Shown piece by piece: positions 1-9,139 of a stretch of DNA of 64,000 bases. The stretch is from assembly GCA_963762565.1 (NCBI GenBank), contig CAVXLD010000005.1:96001-160000 (forward strand), read 5' to 3'. How positions within the stretch are numbered: position 1 is the stretch's first letter; every line of letters starts with the position of its first letter. The notes under the pieces are model-generated. The model saw only the letters and a program-made list of their open reading frames with translations. It was not told the DNA's origin and searched no databases. This DNA comes from an uncultured Verrucomicrobiae bacterium (lineage in GTDB: Bacteria; Verrucomicrobiota; Verrucomicrobiia; Chthoniobacterales; JAFAMB01). Position numbers and translations under genes: made by a program.

Positions 1-75
1 ACGCCGGCGCTTCACGCCTATGGCGCGACAAGTTTTTGCGGCTATTCTTCAGGGTCTTCTGTGGCTAATTAGTAC

Positions 76-483
76 ATGAACGAACCCACGCCCCAACCTG
101 AAGGCGAACCGATGATCCGCGCGATCGCGATGCCGGCTGACTCGAATCCTTCGGGGGACATATTCGGCGGCTGGTTAATGTCGCAGATGGATTTGGCAGC
201 GGCCAACGCCGCTTGCCGCCGTTCGCGCGGACGTTGTGTAACCGTTGCCGTCGACGGCATGGTTTTTCATGAACCCGTATTTATCGGGGATGAAGTCAGC
301 CTTTATTGTACCGTGATCCGGGTTGGCAGGACATCGATGACCATCCGAGTGGAGGCCTGGCGGCGCAGCCGGACAAGTGAGGCTCGGACCAAAGTCACAG
401 AGGCCCTCTTTACCTATGTCGCCGTTGACGAGAACAGGAGGCCGAGGGCGGTGCCGGCAGAGGCAGAGGTGAAAGGTGATTAG
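76..483 (+). CDS. yciA: acyl-CoA thioesterase (hotdog fold, YciA family)
   Basis: Motif AMPADSNPSGDIFGGWLMSQMDLAA...VTVAVD..F..PV.IGD. Confidence 0.9.
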   Translation: MNEPTPQPEGEPMIRAIAMPADSNPSGDIFGGWLMSQMDLAAANAACRRSRGRCVTVAVDGMVFHEPVFIGDEVSLYCTVIRVGRTSMTIRVEAWRRSRTSEARTKVTEALFTYVAVDENRRPRAVPAEAEVKGD

Positions 484-628
484 TGATTGGTGATTGGTAG
501 TAGGAGGGTCAGAAGGTTTTCGAGGATTGCGATGATGTGCGCATATGATGAGCGCTCCGATTCTGTCGCGCCTTGGCCACCAATTACTTTTATTATTCAC
601 CAATCACCAATCACCAATCACTTCTCAC
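468..628. repeat. cassette bounded by inverted heptamer arrays (GTGATTG)n ... (CAATCAC)n
   Basis: 468-497 ggtgaaaggtgattagtgattggtgattgg; 597-628 tcaccaatcaccaatcaccaatcacttctcac; both flanking stop codons lie in the arrays. Confidence 0.9.
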
Positions 629-1419
629 TGTTTGAGCTGCGCTTCTCGGTGGCTCAAATAGGCCTGTCTGACCGCGATGTACGGATCGATCGCTGCCTCT
701 TTCATTTGTTCGTAGGTACGAACGCTACCCGGTGATCGGACCACGAATCGTGAGGCTGAGACCGAGTAGCCGACGACATTGCTGATAAGCCCGTAGTTAG
801 TAAAGATCAGATACCAGTTGAGGGGATTCAGGGCGAAGTCGCCGGCGTAGCCGGTTAGATCGCGGACAGTCGACGGACCCAGCAGAGGGATAACCAAATA
901 AGGGCCGGGTGAGAATCCCCAGCGAGCGAGGGTTAATCCGAAGTCTTCCGCTGGAACATCGGCCAGGGAAGAAACATGGTCGGAGACGCGAAAGAGGCCG
1001 CCTATCCCCACAGTGGAATTCACGACGAACTTACCGACTTCCTGTCCTGAGCGAACGAACCGGCCTTGCAGGACGTTGTTCCCGAACCGGATAGGAAAAT
1101 CGAGGTTGTCGAAAAAGTTCGAAAGACCGGTGCGAACCTTTTGCGGGACGATGTGCTCATATCCGCGCGCGATAGGCTTGACAGCGTGGATGGTCAACGA
1201 GTCGTTGAGCTTGAAATTAGTGTGGTTGAGGCGCTCAAACGGATCATCCACTTTCTCCACTGGTTCATTACCGAGCTCGTCCCCTGAAGCTGTGAGCGGT
1301 TTAGCGGCCGGCGTCTTTTGGGAAGACTTCGCGGTTTTCGTCTTGGGTTGTTTCGTTTGATCAGCAAAACCCGAAACGCAGGTTAGAAAAACTAGCAGGG
1401 TAGGGATAAGGTAGTTCAC
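625..1419 (-). CDS. mlaA: MlaA/VacJ family lipid-asymmetry protein
   Basis: DPFERLNH..F.LND, NSTVGIGGLF, EDFGLTLARWG..PGPYLVIPLLGPSTVRD, DPYIAVRQAY. Confidence 0.93.
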   Translation of the reverse strand: MNYLIPTLLVFLTCVSGFADQTKQPKTKTAKSSQKTPAAKPLTASGDELGNEPVEKVDDPFERLNHTNFKLNDSLTIHAVKPIARGYEHIVPQKVRTGLSNFFDNLDFPIRFGNNVLQGRFVRSGQEVGKFVVNSTVGIGGLFRVSDHVSSLADVPAEDFGLTLARWGFSPGPYLVIPLLGPSTVRDLTGYAGDFALNPLNWYLIFTNYGLISNVVGYSVSASRFVVRSPGSVRTYEQMKEAAIDPYIAVRQAYLSHREAQLKQ

Positions 1420-2060
1420 GAGTTTGGATTGATTGGCTCAGCAAGTTTAGCTTCAAGAGTCTTAATGACGGCTGCCGCTCCGCCGCGCCGTACCAGGTCG
1501 TCGAATTGAGCCCGGTAATTAGCCACGAAGCTCACCCCCTCGATAAGAACGTCATAGATACGCCAGCCACCAGAGAGATTGACCAGGCGATAGACGACCG
1601 AGAACGGTTTATCGCTGCTGGGGGAGGTAACCCGAGTTGTAATTTCGCATCGGTCCGGCGCCAGCGAGACGCTTTTACCATAAGTGATGTTCGGTTTTTG
1701 CGTCCCAACTACCCGAGCAGCGTAGATCCGGATCACGAGCCGGCTGAAGAGGTCGATTGTTTTTTGTTGATCGGTGGGACTGAACTGTCTCCAGGCAGGT
1801 CCGATGGCTTGGCGAGTCACGAGCTCGAACGAAAAGTCTTTCTCCAACAACGGTCGAGCTCGGTCAGCAAGCGCCTCGCTACTCTGACCGGAGTAAGCGA
1901 GAGCCAAAACTTGGTCGACCTCGCTGTGAAGCTGGGATACCGGATCGGGCGGGGCAGCGGCGAATGACAGATGACAGATGACAAATGACAGATTTATAAC
2001 CGCGATGGGACGCCTGCATCGACGGAGGCGATGGCCGATTTGGCCTATAAAGCTCCTCAT
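1416..2060 (-). CDS. mlaC: MlaC/Ttg2D phospholipid-binding protein (start at 2060 or 2105)
   Basis: GWRIYDVLIEGVSFVANYRAQF motif; position in mla operon; overlaps the mlaA start. Confidence 0.88.
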   Translation of the reverse strand: MRSFIGQIGHRLRRCRRPIAVINLSFVICHLSFAAAPPDPVSQLHSEVDQVLALAYSGQSSEALADRARPLLEKDFSFELVTRQAIGPAWRQFSPTDQQKTIDLFSRLVIRIYAARVVGTQKPNITYGKSVSLAPDRCEITTRVTSPSSDKPFSVVYRLVNLSGGWRIYDVLIEGVSFVANYRAQFDDLVRRGGAAAVIKTLEAKLAEPINPNS

Positions 2061-2117
2061 CCATCGATCGATTATGGCTCGCTGAGATGTATTCGAATTT
2101 GTCATCTGTTATTTGTT
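1964..2117. repeat. cassette bounded by inverted (ATGACAR)n / (YTGTCAT)n arrays, overlapping the mlaC 5' end
   Basis: 1964-1993 atgacagatgacagatgacaaatgacagat; 2097-2117 atttgtcatctgttatttgtt. Confidence 0.8.
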
Positions 2118-2132
2118 CCGGCCACCGCCGGA

Positions 2133-2630
2133 TCATTTCTGCGCGGCTGGTGAAGGCGAAGCGACCGGCGATGCGCTGGTCGCTGGCGAGACGCTGCCGA
2201 ACGCGAATCGGCTGATGATCGATTCCAGGTCGACGGCGGATTCCGTATCAGTAATCGTGCTTCCCGGCGCCAGATTCTGCGACGATGAACCGGGGGAGAG
2301 CGCGACGAATTTATCGCCAATCAAGCCACTGGTTCTGATTGAGGCGATCGTGTCACTCGGAAGTTGGACCTCTTTGTTCACTTCCAAACGAACGATCGCA
2401 GCATATTGGGGATCCAGATTAATGTTATCGACCCGACCGACTGGAACTCCGGCCAGAAAAACTTGGCTCCCCGATTTCAGCCCGCCGGCATTAGAGAATC
2501 TGGCATTGACCGTGTACGTGGAGCCAGCCAAGGGAATGCGAGCGCCGGCCTCAATCGCAAACCAGGCCACCGCTGCCAGCCCTAAAAGCACGAAAGCGCC
2601 GGCTGAAAGTTCAACTGAAGATTGTTTCAT
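2133..2630 (-). CDS. mlaD: MlaD (MCE domain) protein
   Basis: N-terminal TM helix; ARFSNAGGLK.GS.V.LAGVPVGRV; IRTSGLIGDKFVALSPG. Confidence 0.93.
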   Translation of the reverse strand: MKQSSVELSAGAFVLLGLAAVAWFAIEAGARIPLAGSTYTVNARFSNAGGLKSGSQVFLAGVPVGRVDNINLDPQYAAIVRLEVNKEVQLPSDTIASIRTSGLIGDKFVALSPGSSSQNLAPGSTITDTESAVDLESIISRFAFGSVSPATSASPVASPSPAAQK

Positions 2631-2631
2631 A

Positions 2632-3012
2632 ACCGCGAATGGACACGAATAGACACGAATAAAAATCTCACGCAAAGACGCTAAGACGCAAAGGTAAGAC
2701 GATCTTAACCACAGATGAACGCAGATTTACGCAGATAAATGGATTCTTGGAAGGCCACGGCGAAAAAGCAACGCATCCAGCGACCAGACTACGGCTCCGC
2801 GATTTGCCGACCAACTCAGCAGATTCTTGTCTCGTTCTGCATCTCATCTGCGTAAATCTGCGTTCATCTGCGGTTGGTCTTTTTTTTGCGTTCTTTGCGA
2901 TCCTTTGCGGCTAATCCGAATTTGAGACGTCGATTTGCGGTTGGCGGTCGGCGGTTACCGGTTTCTCGGTTGCGAGAATCAATCTGTCATTTGTCATCTG
3001 TCATCTGTCATT
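2632..3012. repeat. composite nested cassette (10-mer, 8/9-mer and 7-mer arrays) inside the mla operon
   Basis: aaccacagatgaacgcagatttacgcagat (~2708) is inverted to atctgcgtaaatctgcgttcatctgcggtt (~2846-2875); flanked by cgcaaaga-type, gacacgaat and ctgtcat arrays. Confidence 0.85.
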
Positions 3013-3750
3013 TAGCGGAGCGCCTTTGCTATTCGCCAAGCCCGCTCCATCCCTGAAGCTCCGGACCAATGAATCTTCTGTGCTGCCAAATTCCGCGGCG
3101 GTTCCCTGAAAATAGATCTTGCCGTTCTCTAACAAAGCCAGGCGGTCGCTGGCCGCCAGCGCCTGGGCGATATCATGGGTAACCACCACAGCGGTAAAAT
3201 CGAATTGTTCCCGATATTCTCTGATCATAGAAAAAACAGCGTTGCCGGCCAGCGGATCTAACCCGGCGGTCGGTTCGTCGAAGAGCACCACGGCCGGGCG
3301 AGTCACTAAGAGGCGAGCCAATGCTAAACGTTTTTGCATGCCGCCTGAGAGTTGAGCCGGAAAATAATCCGGGAACTTCTCCAAGCCGAGGTTCTTGAGA
3401 GCAGACATTACTGCGTCCTTGATCTCGCGGGTCTTCAAACGTGTCGTTTGTTCCAGGGGCAGGGCAACGTTTTCGAAAGCAGTCAATGAATCGAACAATG
3501 CGTTCGCTTGGAACAGATAGCCGCAGTGTTTCCGGAAATCTTGCCCGGTTTGCCCTTCGAACAGGATTTCGCCGGCGTCAGGCTTCAACAATCCGGCTAA
3601 ACATTTTAGCAAAACCGATTTCCCAGCCCCGCTGCGTCCGAGCACAGATACGATAGAGCCGCGTGGTACCATCAGATCGATTCCGCAAAGCACGGCGTGC
3701 TCTCCAAATTGTTTGTGCAATCCGGTTACGGCGACCAGTGGGGGGATCAT
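3001..3750 (-). CDS. mlaF: MlaF ABC transporter ATP-binding subunit
   Basis: Walker A GRSGAGKS, LSGGMQKR signature, LFDEPTAGLDP; ATGA overlap with mlaE at 3747-3750. Confidence 0.92.
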   Translation of the reverse strand: MIPPLVAVTGLHKQFGEHAVLCGIDLMVPRGSIVSVLGRSGAGKSVLLKCLAGLLKPDAGEILFEGQTGQDFRKHCGYLFQANALFDSLTAFENVALPLEQTTRLKTREIKDAVMSALKNLGLEKFPDYFPAQLSGGMQKRLALARLLVTRPAVVLFDEPTAGLDPLAGNAVFSMIREYREQFDFTAVVVTHDIAQALAASDRLALLENGKIYFQGTAAEFGSTEDSLVRSFRDGAGLANSKGAPLNDR

Positions 3751-4532
3751 ACCAGAAACGAAGTGATCACGTAATCCGCGGCCAAAGTGGCAATGCTGGA
3801 GAACACCACCGCTCGAGTGGTTGAGACGCTGACCGCTCGTGAACCGGATACACCGGTTCGGCGATGAGCAGTAAATCCGCTGTGACAACAGATCGCGATG
3901 GTGAGGATCCCAAATACGAGCGCTTTAAGAAGGCATTCACGCACATCTTCGAACCGCACGGCGTTATGCACGTTAGACCAATAAACGCCACTATCTAGCC
4001 CCAACAAGCAGCACCCAGATAGGAAACCACCAAAAGTCCCTACTAGTACGAAAGCCGTGGTCAGAATGGGAAAAACCAAGAGCGCAGCTAAGAGCCGCGG
4101 AGTAATCAAATACCCGAGCGGATCGATCGCCATCGTGGTCAGTGCATCGATTTGTTCGCTATACCGATAAATCCCGATTTCAGCGGCAATAGCGGAACCT
4201 GCCTGACCGACGATCATGAGGGTGGCAAGCACTGGCGCCAGTTCACGGGTGAGGGTGAGTGAAACAAAGGTGCCAAGTAAGCCGGCCGAGCCGAATCGAG
4301 CCAGCACGTAGTATCCCTGCAGGCCCAATACCAGCCCTGCAAACAGCGACACGACCGTTATCACCAGGAGACAACGTACGCCTTGCTGATGGATGGCCCG
4401 GGCGACACCTTTTCCTAACTGGCGCGCATGGCCAATCGCGGTGAAAGCCCGCAGCACGAAATCAGCAAAATCACCGAGTCCGGCAACGATGGCCAGGCTT
4501 CTCCGGCCAACCGTTCGCAGGAAATGGGTCAT
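3747..4532 (-). CDS. mlaE: MlaE ABC transporter permease
   Basis: RELAPVLATLMIVGQAGSAIAAEIG...EQIDALTTMAIDP..YLITPR. Confidence 0.93.
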   Translation of the reverse strand: MTHFLRTVGRRSLAIVAGLGDFADFVLRAFTAIGHARQLGKGVARAIHQQGVRCLLVITVVSLFAGLVLGLQGYYVLARFGSAGLLGTFVSLTLTRELAPVLATLMIVGQAGSAIAAEIGIYRYSEQIDALTTMAIDPLGYLITPRLLAALLVFPILTTAFVLVGTFGGFLSGCCLLGLDSGVYWSNVHNAVRFEDVRECLLKALVFGILTIAICCHSGFTAHRRTGVSGSRAVSVSTTRAVVFSSIATLAADYVITSFLV

Positions 4533-4579
4533 CACGGCGTCTTAATTCGCTTTATGAAGGGCGAATGGCAAGTGGGAGC

Positions 4580-4810
4580 GTTTGGCGTTCGGCGTTCGGC
4601 GTTCGGCGTATCGGCGTATCGGCGTATCGGCGTAAACGCCCGCGTTGGGCGCTGCAAACGGATAGGACCTATAGGACTGATGGGACTAATAGGATGCACA
4701 TATAGGTCCCATAGGTCCTATAAGTCCCATTCGGTCGCGGCGCGGATTCGCGGCATCCTGTGCCATCGTCCGGCTACGCCCACAGTTGCTCACGCCGAAC
4801 GCCAAACGCC
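4580..4810. repeat. nested cassette: (TTCGGCG)n/(TATCGGCG)n ... (CGCCRAA)n with an inner inverted 9-mer pair
   Basis: 4580-4633 ggcgttc/ggcgtatc arrays; 4662-4730 ataggacctataggactgatgggact...gtcccataggtcctataagtcccat; ~4793-4810 cgccgaacgccaaacgcc. Confidence 0.85.
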
Positions 4811-4817
4811 CGCGCCG

Positions 4818-6263
4818 TTACACCGACACCCCCATATGCCCGCCTGCCGATGCGCTCTCCCGAAGCCCTTTGTTGACCATCGTGAACGGGCTAGGTCCGG
4901 ACACAAGCCCGCGGCGTTGCTGCCTTACATTGTGAGCATCAGCTAACGCAAGATCGAAGCGGGATAGAATGGTGCTCAGCACCAATTTCATTTCGAATTG
5001 GGCGAATGCCATACCGATGCAACGGCGAACGCCGCCGCCAAATGGCAAGAATTCATAGGGCGAATAATGCTGGTCGAGAAATCGATCCGGATTGAATTCT
5101 TCGGGGTCAGGAAAGGCTTCTTTTCGGCGATGAGCTAAATAAATGCAGCCGGCTACCAAGGTGCCTGGATCGAGCGTCACTCCGGCTAAATTAACGCGTG
5201 ACCTGGTAACGCGCGGAAAGGTTAGCAGGGCAACCGGGTAGATGCGCAGGGTCTCAGAGCAAACCGCGTTAAGGTAAGGCAGCTTGAGAAGAGCATTGGG
5301 ATCGAAGTTGCGATCCAGCGCGTCGAGTTCCTGCAACAAGCGCAGACGTATTTTGGGCAACCGATGAATCCAATACAATGCCCAGGTTAACGCGGTAGCG
5401 GTGGTTTCGTGGCCAGCGATTAAAAGGGTCATCAATTCATCGCGCAGCTCGACATCCGATAATGCTTCACCTGCTTCATCGCGGGCAGACATCAGCAGCG
5501 TCAGAATATCGTCGCGTTCAGGATTGGGGTTGAGACCGCCCTCACTTCCGCCATGGGTGGCTACGCCTTCGGCCTCGCAAGCGAGGCGCGCTCCACGCCG
5601 GTCGGCGATTTCGGCATAAATCAATTGATCAATTTGTTGCCGGTTACGGATGAATCGCCCCCAAGGACTATGCGGCCCAAGATCTCGCCGTAGACTCGGC
5701 ACAAATAAAATACTCGCGCTCAATGGACTGCTGACGCGACCCAACAAGGTTCCCAGACGTTGTTCGAGTTGTTGATATCGAGGTCCATCGGTTATTCCGA
5801 ACACCGCCCGCAGGATGATCCGCAGCGAGATCGTTTGCATCGGGCGCCGGGCCGGGAAAGCGTGACCCGGCTCGTGCTCGCGCATCACTTGTTCAGCGGT
5901 GTCGCAGATGAGGTCTCCGTAAGATCGCATCCGTTCCCCGTGAAACGGCGGCATCAATAAACGGCGTGCCCGCCGGTGGTCTTCACCGCTCAATCCGAAT
6001 ACCGATAGCTTTCCGGTGATCAACTCGAGAGCAATATTCAACCCTCCAGGAGCGTCGAACAGCTTGCCGTCATCATTCGTCAAAATCAGCTGCATTGCTT
6101 CCGGATCGCTGAACAACACCAGGGGCCCGAATTTTGGGTTCAGCCGAAAGGTGAAAGTGTCTCCATACCGCCGATGACAGCTCCGCATAAACGAAAAAGG
6201 TGTCGTCACCCATTGGAGCATCTGCAGGGCGCTCGGAGTTTTTGGTCCCTCAGGAAGTGCCAT
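4818..6263 (-). CDS. cytochrome P450 (resembles CYP110-type) with an in-frame REP insertion
   Basis: AGHETTATAL I-helix, ETLR ExxR motif, FNPDRF, FGGGVRRCIG heme-Cys motif. Confidence 0.95.
   Translation of the reverse strand: MALPEGPKTPSALQMLQWVTTPFSFMRSCHRRYGDTFTFRLNPKFGPLVLFSDPEAMQLILTNDDGKLFDAPGGLNIALELITGKLSVFGLSGEDHRRARRLLMPPFHGERMRSYGDLICDTAEQVMREHEPGHAFPARRPMQTISLRIILRAVFGITDGPRYQQLEQRLGTLLGRVSSPLSASILFVPSLRRDLGPHSPWGRFIRNRQQIDQLIYAEIADRRGARLACEAEGVATHGGSEGGLNPNPERDDILTLLMSARDEAGEALSDVELRDELMTLLIAGHETTATALTWALYWIHRLPKIRLRLLQELDALDRNFDPNALLKLPYLNAVCSETLRIYPVALLTFPRVTRSRVNLAGVTLDPGTLVAGCIYLAHRRKEAFPDPEEFNPDRFLDQHYSPYEFLPFGGGVRRCIGMAFAQFEMKLVLSTILSRFDLALADAHNVRQQRRGLVSGPSPFTMVNKGLRESASAGGHMGVSV
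5571..5596 (-). repeat. REP-like element GTGG-AG-CGC-GCCTCGC-TT-GCGAGGC-C (other copies 8146, 9337, 46090/46132/46174, 56333)
   Basis: Identical 26-mer ggcctcgcaagcgaggcgcgctccac at six sites, plus a diverged inverted copy at 56333-56358. Confidence 0.88.
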
Positions 6264-6279
6264 GAGTGGCTATTTACTG

Positions 6280-6341
6280 AGGAGTTCAAGGAGTTCAAGG
6301 CCTGCCGCGACGTAGGCTTGGCGAAGTCGGGGACTTCAAGG
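6280..6341. repeat. AGGAGTTCA array with an embedded hairpin element (inverted copies 40378-40446, 49386-49445)
   Basis: aggagttcaaggagttcaaggcctgccgcgacgtaggcttggcgaagtcgggga. Confidence 0.8.
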
Positions 6342-6363
6342 CCGGTATGAGGCGCGAAGCGCT

Positions 6364-6488
6364 GGGAGGGATCGCGTCCTCGCGATCCGCTCTATTAACG
6401 AAGCCGAGGATGTTTCCTCATCGTGGATGAAAATAGCGCTTTGGCCGGTGGCATGTCCTCGCGGCGCGCGGGGACGCGCGCCCTCCCC
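6364..6488. mobile_element. REPIN/MITE-like element about 125 bp with GGAGGG-palindrome ends (homologues 19819-19939, 30061-30190)
   Basis: Ends gggagggatcgcgtcctcgcgatcc / ggcgcgcggggacgcgcgccctccc; shared core tattttcrtccrcgat...cctcggcttcg.taa. Confidence 0.75.
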
Positions 6489-6807
6489 GATGTTACACGC
6501 TGGGGCTCCGCGGGAGGGTTGGAGATGCTTTCAGGGGCTTCGCCCACTTCGATCAACCCAGGGGCTCAAGCCATGGGCTATGGTCTATAGCCGCCTCGCG
6601 GCAGCTAGTCGCTCGGGTCGAAACGAATCGTGAGCAGTACCCATGAATCCAAATCGAAATAAGATTCGACCTGGTCTGGCGGCCATTTCGCATTCGGTTT
6701 GAAGACCAACATGAAGCCGCCCGTGCCAGAATCGAGTGTCGCGCATTCAGCGCCGACACGCCGACACGCCCCTCCTAGCTCCTAGATTCTAGCTCCTAGC
6801 TCCTGTT

Positions 6808-7161
6808 TTATTGAGCCAACGCACTATCATCCAAGTACCATTTGGTACCTTGCATGGGACCAAAGGTCTCCATTTTCACCTTCAACTGATGTCTGGCTGT
6901 GTTGTAGCTGAGGATCTTGACCTTGAGAGGCTTGTCGAATTGGAATGCATTTCGCTTCTTTAGCTCTTTTTGCTGGTATTCTGCCTGCGCGTCTGGTTTG
7001 CCGCTTGCCTTGAGCTGTTGCCATTTACTCAGTTTGGCGTCGTCCTGAAACCAAATGGAGTTAGGGGGCACTTGCACCGTGGCGCCCTTTTGGATTCCTT
7101 GAGCAAAGGAAGCGACGGCCAGAGCGAAGAACAGAGTGAGTATGCTGAGCGATGATTTCAT
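6808..7161 (-). CDS. hypothetical secreted protein
   Basis: Signal-peptide-like N-terminus MKSSLSILTLFFALAVASFA; coherent ORF. Confidence 0.7.
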   Translation of the reverse strand: MKSSLSILTLFFALAVASFAQGIQKGATVQVPPNSIWFQDDAKLSKWQQLKASGKPDAQAEYQQKELKKRNAFQFDKPLKVKILSYNTARHQLKVKMETFGPMQGTKWYLDDSALAQ

Positions 7162-7206
7162 GCGGGGCACCGTAATCGATCAATGGCGCCCGTGGCGATG
7201 CTAAAG

Positions 7207-7360
7207 GAGGAGCTAGGAGCTAGAATCTAGGAGCTAGGAGAGGCGGGTTCACATGGGTCCCATTCGGTCGCAGCGTCCAACGCGCCCGAGCACTGGACAC
7301 GCTCGTAGGCCGAATCGTTCGCCCCCTCCTAGCTCCTAGATTCTAGCTCCTAGCTCCTCC
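7207..7360. repeat. cassette bounded by inverted aggagctaggagctagaatctaggagctaggag arrays
   Basis: Near-perfect inverted pair 7209-7241 / 7326-7358; the same motif occurs at ~6773, 21579, 57494, 59357. Confidence 0.9.
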
Positions 7361-7361
7361 T

Positions 7362-7781
7362 CTATTTTTCCACAAACATCAGATCCGAGATCATCGTGTG
7401 CTTAACGTAGGTATCCATATAGGTGTTGTGCAGCATCCTGATCTTCTGGCCGTGCGCCAAGAGCTTGTAAGCGGCGCCGCTATCAATGGCTTTATAATTC
7501 TGATAAAATTTTGTCTTGGGATAAACGATCACCGTGATCTGATTTCCGTTATCGAGCTCCAAAATTATACTGAACCACCCCGTGTTTCCCGGTTTAACGG
7601 ATTCAATCATTCCATCCAGCTCGACGTTTTGCCCTTGCTGATTCCGATTCTGGGCCGCGTTGCGCCGGATAATGTCAGCGGGATCGCTTAGATCGGTCGC
7701 ACGGAGATTGGGGAGACAACATTCAATTGAAATCAATAAGATTGATAGGCCTATCAAGCCGATAGTTTTGATCTGTTTCAT
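7362..7781 (-). CDS. hypothetical exported protein (possible small beta-barrel/OB-like domain)
   Basis: Hydrophobic N-terminus; beta-strand-rich body. Confidence 0.65.
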   Translation of the reverse strand: MKQIKTIGLIGLSILLISIECCLPNLRATDLSDPADIIRRNAAQNRNQQGQNVELDGMIESVKPGNTGWFSIILELDNGNQITVIVYPKTKFYQNYKAIDSGAAYKLLAHGQKIRMLHNTYMDTYVKHTMISDLMFVEK

Positions 7782-8044
7782 GGGCCGGTTCGGGTGGTGT
7801 TCAAGATAATCTCCCGGATCAAGAACAAATCGTTACCGATACCGGTCACTAATCAGCCTTCGTCTTGGCTCAGGTACTCTCGTTTGAGATCAGCGGCATC
7901 AAAAGAGGGAATAAGAAAATCGGAATTCTTATTGGCCTTGGTGCGAGGCCGCTAATTACAATTGGGAACTAGTTCGATTGCAAGTGCAAAGGGATGGTTC
8001 ACGTCCACGCGCATGGCGTGCAAGAAAAGCGCGATGTGGGCGGG

Positions 8045-8222
8045 CATCACTCCGCGTGGCCGGATTCGACGACAGCGACTCGACTGAGCTCGCCGAAGTC
8101 CTGTCCGCCGTAGCCCAGGCTCTATGTTGCCAACCGCTCGAGGTCGGCCTCGCAAGCGAGGCGCGCTCCACAACCAGGACGTTGGCGAAGGCGGAAGGAC
8201 GAGAACGAAGCGCCTTGTGAGC
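8045..8222 (+). repeat. 170-180 bp direct repeat, copy 1 (copy 2 at 9260-9425), flanking the cyclase gene
   Basis: catcactccgcg...gccgtagccca.gctcta.gttgcc.accgctcga.gtcggcctcgcaagcgaggcgcgctccacaaccaggacgttggcgaaggcggaaggacga...ccttgtgagc in both. Confidence 0.88.
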
Positions 8223-8236
8223 TCCGCTCTAGTTTC

Positions 8237-9139
8237 TCAACTAATCGCGATGGGGTGAACCCATGAACCAGTCGCGCCGGCCAGGCGTAACGGCGTGATA
8301 ATCAATAGAAATTCGTACACGCGTTCCTTAGCCAGGTCCTCAAGATACAAATTCTCCACATGGGTAATTCCATTGTGCACGAGAAAATAGCGGTGCACGG
8401 AATGATCCAAGGGCGGAACGGCCTCTACCGACATGTTATCGGCGCCAACCAGATTCATTCCGAGGCGATGCAATGTCTTGGCGGCTTCCAGGTTTAACCC
8501 GGCAATTGCATCTCGAGAAACTAAATTGCCAGTGATCAGATGTTGAGAAAACCCGGTTCGGATCAGAACGGCGGTTTGCGGGCGAATCTCCGTTTTCTGT
8601 TCTTTCAGGGTCGCTTCAATGTCCTCAGCGGTAATCTGATAATTATCTGGTAAAATCGACGTACGACGGTTACCAGCAACATCGAGCAGGACACCTCGCT
8701 GAACGATCGGAGGCATTTCTGCGATGCTGAGATGTTGTTGGCCGTTCATATCCACCATCTCGGCAGCCCTCACCGTCTTACCGGCCCCGGCGTACAATCT
8801 TATTTCGCCCGCGGGATCCGGGTCACCGTTTTGATCTTGGGCTTCACCGATATGGCAAAGCGCGTCGATATGCGTGCCGGTGTGGCAAGACATGGTTATC
8901 GCTTCGGCAGCAGCGGAGGCCGGAGCTAAAACCTTGATATCACCGTGGCGAAATCGAGTATTGAGTGTGTAAGGCGCCATTGGACCCGGCACGGGAATTC
9001 CTTCCCGATAAATAACGGCCAGGCTGTGAACGGTTCCGGTCTTGATCAGGCTTAGTAAGTCTGGTGTTAAACGGGGAACGGGTAACGCTCCGTATGGAGC
9101 CAGTTTGCCGGCGCGAATTTCGGTTGAAGAATCTGACAT
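8237..9139 (-). CDS. cyclase family metal-dependent hydrolase (kynurenine formamidase-like)
   Basis: HTGTHIDA metal motif; VLIRTG; GADN.SVE; ENL.L..L; PLRLAGATGS. Confidence 0.9.
   Translation of the reverse strand: MSDSSTEIRAGKLAPYGALPVPRLTPDLLSLIKTGTVHSLAVIYREGIPVPGPMAPYTLNTRFRHGDIKVLAPASAAAEAITMSCHTGTHIDALCHIGEAQDQNGDPDPAGEIRLYAGAGKTVRAAEMVDMNGQQHLSIAEMPPIVQRGVLLDVAGNRRTSILPDNYQITAEDIEATLKEQKTEIRPQTAVLIRTGFSQHLITGNLVSRDAIAGLNLEAAKTLHRLGMNLVGADNMSVEAVPPLDHSVHRYFLVHNGITHVENLYLEDLAKERVYEFLLIITPLRLAGATGSWVHPIAIS

Noticed and set aside
498..596. Possible four-helix-bundle gene relic (KVFEDCD resembling KSFEDL)
   Set aside because: Match too short to distinguish from chance without a profile search.
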